A stretch of 64,000 nucleotides of DNA from IMG/VR virus record IMGVR_UViG_3300025121_000886, positions 1 through 64,000 of that record; one strand, 5' to 3'. This document shows, in pieces, positions 58,728 through 64,000 of the stretch (the stretch's first letter is position 1; each line of letters opens with the position of its first letter). The DNA comes from a virus. Under the pieces are notes generated by a model. It worked only from the letters and a program-made list of their open reading frames with translations, had not been told where the DNA came from and did no database searches. A program made the translations under genes and the position numbers.

Positions 58728-59411
58728 ATGTCTACAGTAATAACACAGCCTATAAACGGAAGTTACCTCAAGGTAACAAATAAATCAAACCAAGAACTGA
58801 CTCTTATGAACCAAAAGTTAGCTCCTTATGGGGGTTATATCTACATACAAAGAAATTGGATATCTCTGTGTGATTTGGTTGGAAATTATCCTGATCTTGT
58901 AAATAAATTGACTGATCTTGTAACCTCAGATAAAGTAGAAGTTCTTTTCGATGGATTTTATTTAACCACCGAAAATATTCTGGCTTTAAAAGATATGGTA
59001 ACAAAAATTGATTACCATTTCACGAAATCTGTATCACATTCTGCTGTGGCTGCTGCCATAAAACTTTTTATATTTTGGTTACCTTATGATTGGAATTTTA
59101 TTGGATTAAAAATAATTCCAAAAGCATCCTTAACAGTAGATGTCACTAATGTAGCCTATAAATCATTGGCTATAACTCAATATGACACCTCCACACCGGG
59201 AGCAACGGTTTTAGATACAATAACCACAAGAACAGCAACAACAGCTATAAATAGAACTGGTGATTTTACTATTAATGTTCCTTGGTCTTACACTTTTGCT
59301 ACACAACAAGCTATAGCCAAAGAAGATTTTGTTTATATTACAGCTACAAATGTTGATGCTGGAAGAGCTTTAAGTGCTGAGATAGAACTTATTTATATAA
59401 GACAAGGGTAA
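58728..59411 (+). CDS. Virion surface/fibre-like protein, paralogue B
   Basis: RNWISLCDLVGNYPDL...LKDM. Confidence 0.65.
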   Translation: MSTVITQPINGSYLKVTNKSNQELTLMNQKLAPYGGYIYIQRNWISLCDLVGNYPDLVNKLTDLVTSDKVEVLFDGFYLTTENILALKDMVTKIDYHFTKSVSHSAVAAAIKLFIFWLPYDWNFIGLKIIPKASLTVDVTNVAYKSLAITQYDTSTPGATVLDTITTRTATTAINRTGDFTINVPWSYTFATQQAIAKEDFVYITATNVDAGRALSAEIELIYIRQG

Positions 59412-59481
59412 TATTTATATTCTCGATATTCTTAACTTCATAAGTTTTTGAGAACTTTGCCAATATAGAGGGGGAAAAATA

Positions 59482-60192
59482 ATGTCTGAAGAATATAAAA
59501 TTATAAATTTTACTGACACAACAGTTCATGTTGCTGGGAAGGATATATCTGTAGGTGGTTATAAATTATACGATTCTAAGGTAATAGAAGATCCTAAAAT
59601 ACAGGCAAAGATCGAAGCTTTAAGAGTCTCTGGACACATTGTTGTAGAATATCAGGGAGTACAGATTACTGAGGATATTTTCTCAAAAAGTTACAGGCGT
59701 CCGGGTGCTCAAATACATGGAACATCTTTTCCAACCACACCACATACAGGCCAAGTATTTTTAAGAACTGATCTCAATATCTATTATTATTGGGATGGAA
59801 CAACTTGGTCTGCCTTTTCCTCTCTAGGTTCAGGATTACCTAAAATAGTAACAGTATGTCATGCTGGCCTAGTAGAAAAAACTGTAACAACCTATTTATT
59901 AGGGTCTGCAACATCGGGTATACCCCTACAAGCATGTAAATTAGACTTTGTTAATATAACAGCTTATGTTGCACCTGGAGCTGGACAGAGCATAACTGTA
60001 AGTGTTATAAACATAACAACGGCTTCTACAAAAACTTATTTATTGGAAAATGATGAAAAATATCATGAATACATAATAGTTGCGGCAAATCTAACATTTT
60101 CAGCAGATGATGAATTGGTGATATCAACGACATCTACAGATGGAAGTATCGGTCAAGATATAAATATTGCACTTCGTTTTAATGAACCATAA
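59482..60192 (+). CDS. Virion surface/fibre-like protein, distant paralogue C
   Basis: Similar N-terminal module; FPTTPHTGQVFLRTDLNIYYYWDGTTW fibre repeat. Confidence 0.6.
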   Translation: MSEEYKIINFTDTTVHVAGKDISVGGYKLYDSKVIEDPKIQAKIEALRVSGHIVVEYQGVQITEDIFSKSYRRPGAQIHGTSFPTTPHTGQVFLRTDLNIYYYWDGTTWSAFSSLGSGLPKIVTVCHAGLVEKTVTTYLLGSATSGIPLQACKLDFVNITAYVAPGAGQSITVSVINITTASTKTYLLENDEKYHEYIIVAANLTFSADDELVISTTSTDGSIGQDINIALRFNEP

Positions 60193-60211
60193 ATAATTTA
60201 AGGAAAATAAT

Positions 60212-60706
60212 ATGAATATAAATAGTTCATTCTCAACGGTAATAAATGGACTTAAAGTTAAAGGAAAACATTCTTTAGCAAAAAAAGTTCAGGAAAAAAT
60301 GAAAAAGTTAATGGCAGATGTTATAAAAACTGCTGGCTTTAAATTCACAAGGATATGGATAGATAGTCATCATGGACCCTCTTTAGCTATTAATTTCAAA
60401 GATGAATTACATTATGTAGGTGGTGCGAACTCAAGAGATATGGAAGTTGTTGTTCAAGGAAATGATTTGTATATTGATACACATGTTCCAAATCAAGACA
60501 TAAGGTCTTGTGAACTTCATGAACTTGGTAAAGGTGATATCCTCAGAGCTGAAATATTTGAAAGAGGAAGTGATCAATATGGAGAAAAAGTAGAAATATA
60601 CTCTTGTACCAGAGAAATGACCTTCCAGGGCGAAGATTATACAGAAGAGATTGCTAATATGGATACAAAAGAATTTATAGATTATGCAGAAAACTATATG
60701 TTTTAA
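60212..60706 (+). CDS. Tagged hypothetical protein
   Basis: VINGLKVKGKHSLAKKVQE...IKTAGF. Confidence 0.65.
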   Translation: MNINSSFSTVINGLKVKGKHSLAKKVQEKMKKLMADVIKTAGFKFTRIWIDSHHGPSLAINFKDELHYVGGANSRDMEVVVQGNDLYIDTHVPNQDIRSCELHELGKGDILRAEIFERGSDQYGEKVEIYSCTREMTFQGEDYTEEIANMDTKEFIDYAENYMF

Positions 60707-60747
60707 CATAATTCTAAAATTTTTATGTCAAATATTGGAGAAATTAT

Positions 60748-61191
60748 ATGAATCAATTAAATACCCTAAAAGATATATTTAGAACAGCCCAGATGCTTGA
60801 AAAAGATGGTCATGGTATAGAATCTATAAAACTATACTCTAACATTTTGAATATGCTTGGAGAGAAAGATCCCTGCAATAAAATCATAAAAGATATTGAG
60901 GAAAAATATGAATCATATCAAGACCATTTTCAGAAAACAGGGTCTGAAAAAGTTAGTCCTAATCAAAAAAAGAGACAGTCTTTACAAAAAAGCATAGACA
61001 AAATTGTAGAGATCATAAGTGCTATGAGAGCAGCTAGAAAACCTTTATTAGCTAAATTACATGGCAGTATTTTACCAAAACTTGCTTTAGGACTTCGTTT
61101 AAAATTAAAGATATTAGCTGATAAAATAAAAAAGTTAGAAGAAAAAGTAGAAAAGTTACGAGAACAAAAGAAAAAAATTGCTGACAAATAA
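60748..61191 (+). CDS. Tagged basic coiled-coil protein
   Basis: FRTAQMLEKDGHGIESIKL; LGLR and LREQKKKI shared with 27115..27480. Confidence 0.65.
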   Translation: MNQLNTLKDIFRTAQMLEKDGHGIESIKLYSNILNMLGEKDPCNKIIKDIEEKYESYQDHFQKTGSEKVSPNQKKRQSLQKSIDKIVEIISAMRAARKPLLAKLHGSILPKLALGLRLKLKILADKIKKLEEKVEKLREQKKKIADK

Positions 61192-61196
61192 TTGAA

Positions 61197-61955
61197 ATGT
61201 TCTCAATCTTAATCCCAACCTGTATTCAAAGACTTTCTATAACAAAAGATTTAATACTTCAGATCATAAAGACAAATCCACAAACCATAAAAGATAATCT
61301 ATTAAAAATATACATGACATTACACATCCCCCGTCTTGATAAGCATAATGCCAAGATTATAGAAGAATTATCTTATATAAAAGAGATAAAAATAATCTAC
61401 CCCAAAAATACTCACATCTCAAAAAACTTAAATATTATGTTAACAACAGCCTTACATGAAAATATATCAGATGAATTATATCTCATTAAAATAGATGACG
61501 ACACATATCCACTAGAAAATGATTGGTTAAATGTATATAGAGAAGTATATAATAGAATACCGGGTGTCGGAGTATTATATTCTTGTAAAACTTTAACTGA
61601 AATATATGAAAGGCTTCTTAATAATATTGGAATAACAAGTCAAGAAAAAAGCGGTATGCTTATGTTTTTCAATAGAAAAATAATTAATAAATTGGGTGGT
61701 TTTCAGGAATTGCTTGATCCTTATGGTAATGAAGACCTCGATTTCTTACTTCGTTCTGAACTTTCCGGTCTTAATAATTATGGAGTTCTTAGAACGGGAG
61801 ATCACGGTATCTCAGTAAAACATGGAAAAGAAGTATATCCCAAATTAAACAGTTGCTTTGATAAAAACGCTAGAGAATTAGCACAAGAAAAATTTCAGAG
61901 TATAAAAAAAGAATATCTGACAAAAAACAGATCAACAAAAATATATTTGGAGTGA
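61197..61955 (+). CDS. Glycosyltransferase family 2 (GT-A)
   Basis: SILIPT, IKIDDD (DxD), LGGF...YGNEDLDFLLR. Confidence 0.85.
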   Translation: MFSILIPTCIQRLSITKDLILQIIKTNPQTIKDNLLKIYMTLHIPRLDKHNAKIIEELSYIKEIKIIYPKNTHISKNLNIMLTTALHENISDELYLIKIDDDTYPLENDWLNVYREVYNRIPGVGVLYSCKTLTEIYERLLNNIGITSQEKSGMLMFFNRKIINKLGGFQELLDPYGNEDLDFLLRSELSGLNNYGVLRTGDHGISVKHGKEVYPKLNSCFDKNARELAQEKFQSIKKEYLTKNRSTKIYLE

Positions 61956-62479
61956 TTATGGGAAATAATATAAAAACAATAGAATTTGAAAATTTTTTGG
62001 TGTCTAAAAAAGACATGCTAGAAGGTCTAAAATCAATAAAAACGGGAAGATCTAGCAATGAGCCATTATCGTTACCCTCTAAAGTGATAGAAATTCCGGA
62101 CAGAAAAGTATTTTTATACATAGGCTGTATAAAAAAATTGGTGTCCATGATGCTCTATGGAAAATTGTCTACAAAGTGTGAAATGCTTGATATGAACGAG
62201 TCCCAATATTATGAGGTACCTTCTAAGGGAGAAGCATTCATTTTCGATCCTGATGAAAGATATGGTGGTCTAGAAAAGATTATGAAGATGTCTGATCTCG
62301 ATGCATTATCAGCACAGATAAAATTAAATAAACCCCTTAAGAAAATAAAACCCCGTCAAGCAAATTATGATAAAAAACCAACTCTTAGCGACATAGTCTA
62401 TGAACTTGAAATACGTGGGAAGACTGTTTTAGCCGATAAACTCCAAGAAAAAATTCAGGATATTAAAGAGGAGATATAA
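61952..62479 (+). CDS. Hypothetical protein with the tag at its C-terminus
   Basis: LSDIVYELEIRGKTVLADKLQE. Confidence 0.6.
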   Translation: MIMGNNIKTIEFENFLVSKKDMLEGLKSIKTGRSSNEPLSLPSKVIEIPDRKVFLYIGCIKKLVSMMLYGKLSTKCEMLDMNESQYYEVPSKGEAFIFDPDERYGGLEKIMKMSDLDALSAQIKLNKPLKKIKPRQANYDKKPTLSDIVYELEIRGKTVLADKLQEKIQDIKEEI

Positions 62480-62480
62480 T

Positions 62481-64000
62481 ATGGGATTACATCCAGTAAC
62501 TGGTAGAGATATGGGAAGTTCATGCCTATTAATCGTAGGCACAGATACTCAAACAGCTCAATATAAGACAATGAATGCAGCTTTAACAGAAGCAGCGAGA
62601 ATAAAGGCAGAAGACCCCACAAAATATGTTACCTTAATGCTTCTCCCCGGGAGTTATAATGCTCCAACTTTGACCGTTCCAGACAAAACTTGTATAACTG
62701 GCATTCCTGGAGGTGATGGAGAATCTATAAAAATATTATCTGGTAATTCTCCGTGGGTCATAAATGGAAATTATATAACACTCCAAAATTTGACAATAGA
62801 TGCTACAAATACGTCAGGTATGGTCTTATTAGCTATACACACATCTGCAACAAATGTTTTTGTTAAATCATTAAAATTTGTATGCACCAAGGCAAATACC
62901 ACCTTAATGTCTGTAACAGAATCAACGCGGATTCAATTACAAGATATTAACTTTGATATATCAAATACTGGTGGAGATGTTCTTTTGGTAAATGGATCAT
63001 CTGCTGATGTAATATTAAAAAATATAGCTGGTAGATCATCCGCTTTAATGGATAATGGCTTTAACATACAGGAAGCTAGTATTATTGATATCGATGGTTG
63101 TAATTTAGACATAGACTGTGCTGGAGCAGTAGCTAGGTTAGCTAATATAGCTAATTTATATCTACAAAACTCCAAATTCTCTGGGGGGAGTAGAGGTATT
63201 AAGATAGAAAACTGCCCTGCTTTTGTCGGAAATGGGATCAATGTAAAAAATAATACAGTTTTTAACATAGCTGTTGATGAATCATCCACAGCAAACTCCT
63301 CTACTGGGATGATATCCGTCCTGGGTGACATAAATCCCAATAAAATATACAATAACAGTAATGGTGCATCTATCGCTGCTATGACAAAAAGAGAAGACTC
63401 AATTGATCGTATTCAATACTTAATTGGGTCTCAAGTTGTTGGAAATCAAAAAACACCATCAGAGCTATTTGTAGGTGAAGGATGTCCAGATCCCAGTAAT
63501 TTAACGATTTACCAACGAGACCCCACCAGTATATTTCATAGAATTGACTCCGGTGGATATGGCGATGCCATAACTTTTGACTCCGAGACTGCTGGAAATT
63601 GTCTTTATATTGGTTCAACATTTGTTAGAGGTGCTGAGGCAAAGAGAAAACATTATGGCTTTCAATATGAGCTGTCTCAAACAATGTTGGGTGGTACTAT
63701 TGTATTTGAATACTATGATGGAGCAACCTGGCAAGAATTTGATACAATGACAACGAGCAGTTCATTTGTCAATCCAAGTGAATTATCTTCTAGAATAGGA
63801 AGTTTTGGAAACAATCCTTTTCTGAGACAAGACAAATTAGAAGAATTATACTATTCATTACAACCGTTATCATCAGAATGGGAAGATAACTCTGAACCGG
63901 GAGTCACCTTCAAGTTTATGAGGATTAGAATAACATCTCTATTGACAAGAAAACCCATATTCAAATACATTAGATTACATTGCAACTCTTCTTGTATTAG
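62481..64000 (+). CDS. Second beta-helix fibre/spike protein (runs off the window)
   Basis: GAGGAG RBS; MGLHPV...QYKTMNAAL...LLPGSY...ITLQNLTID; the frame is still open at the window end, which explains its absence from the ORF track. Confidence 0.75.
   Translation, partial: MGLHPVTGRDMGSSCLLIVGTDTQTAQYKTMNAALTEAARIKAEDPTKYVTLMLLPGSYNAPTLTVPDKTCITGIPGGDGESIKILSGNSPWVINGNYITLQNLTIDATNTSGMVLLAIHTSATNVFVKSLKFVCTKANTTLMSVTESTRIQLQDINFDISNTGGDVLLVNGSSADVILKNIAGRSSALMDNGFNIQEASIIDIDGCNLDIDCAGAVARLANIANLYLQNSKFSGGSRGIKIENCPAFVGNGINVKNNTVFNIAVDESSTANSSTGMISVLGDINPNKIYNNSNGASIAAMTKREDSIDRIQYLIGSQVVGNQKTPSELFVGEGCPDPSNLTIYQRDPTSIFHRIDSGGYGDAITFDSETAGNCLYIGSTFVRGAEAKRKHYGFQYELSQTMLGGTIVFEYYDGATWQEFDTMTTSSSFVNPSELSSRIGSFGNNPFLRQDKLEELYYSLQPLSSEWEDNSEPGVTFKFMRIRITSLLTRKPIFKYIRLHCNSSCI

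Noticed and set aside
1-64000. Genome-wide TAG recoding (code 15) or pyrrolysine use, suggested by the amber codon in the MTase
   Set aside because: Long genes are uninterrupted, and several clear genes (tube, major capsid, terL, tnpB) end at TAG at expected lengths. Only one internal TAG was found, and the tRNA present is CAU, not CUA.
1-64000. CRISPR array or Cas12-type system around the RuvC proteins
   Set aside because: No regularly spaced direct repeats were seen. The TnpB has IS ends, and the 149-aa RuvC is resolvase-sized.
53774-64000. Diversity-generating retroelement acting on the fibre genes
   Set aside because: No reverse transcriptase and no TR/VR nucleotide repeat pair was seen in the window.

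Overview
AT-rich segment of a large (probably jumbo) contractile-tailed bacteriophage genome with bacterial-type AGGAG ribosome-binding sites and the standard genetic code. From left to right: (1) a short non-structural block with an amber-interrupted DNA methyltransferase, a degenerate DnaB-like ATPase and a Thg1-like protein; (2) a tail module with a tail-completion-like protein, a very large sheath, tube, an inverted DNA-methyltransferase cassette, duplicated Zn-ribbon tail chaperones with a well-supported -1 frameshift signal, and a 1879-aa tape measure protein; (3) an inverted block containing a neck-like gene; (4) a head module with large terminase, portal, prohead protease, scaffold-like protein, decoration-like protein and major capsid protein, followed by RuvC, a neck protein and a tube-initiator-like protein; (5) an unusual tRNA-CAU, an intact TnpB-only IS200/IS605 element, an amidase, beta-helix fibre/spike genes and a GT2 glycosyltransferase. 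From memory, the capsid, terminase and protease motifs resemble those of PaBG/Lu11/RSL1/Y3-like jumbo myophages; this is inference and was not searched. The best candidate for an undescribed system is a ~25-aa helix-Gly-helix tag shared by about 11 otherwise diverse proteins scattered over 50 kb. It is often followed by a (K/R/V/I/L/H)-x-Ala|Ser/Gly/Ala/Thr motif resembling an assemblin-type protease site, which suggests a capsid-targeting-and-cleavage system for loading cargo proteins into the head. All product calls come from motif recognition by eye, not database searches.
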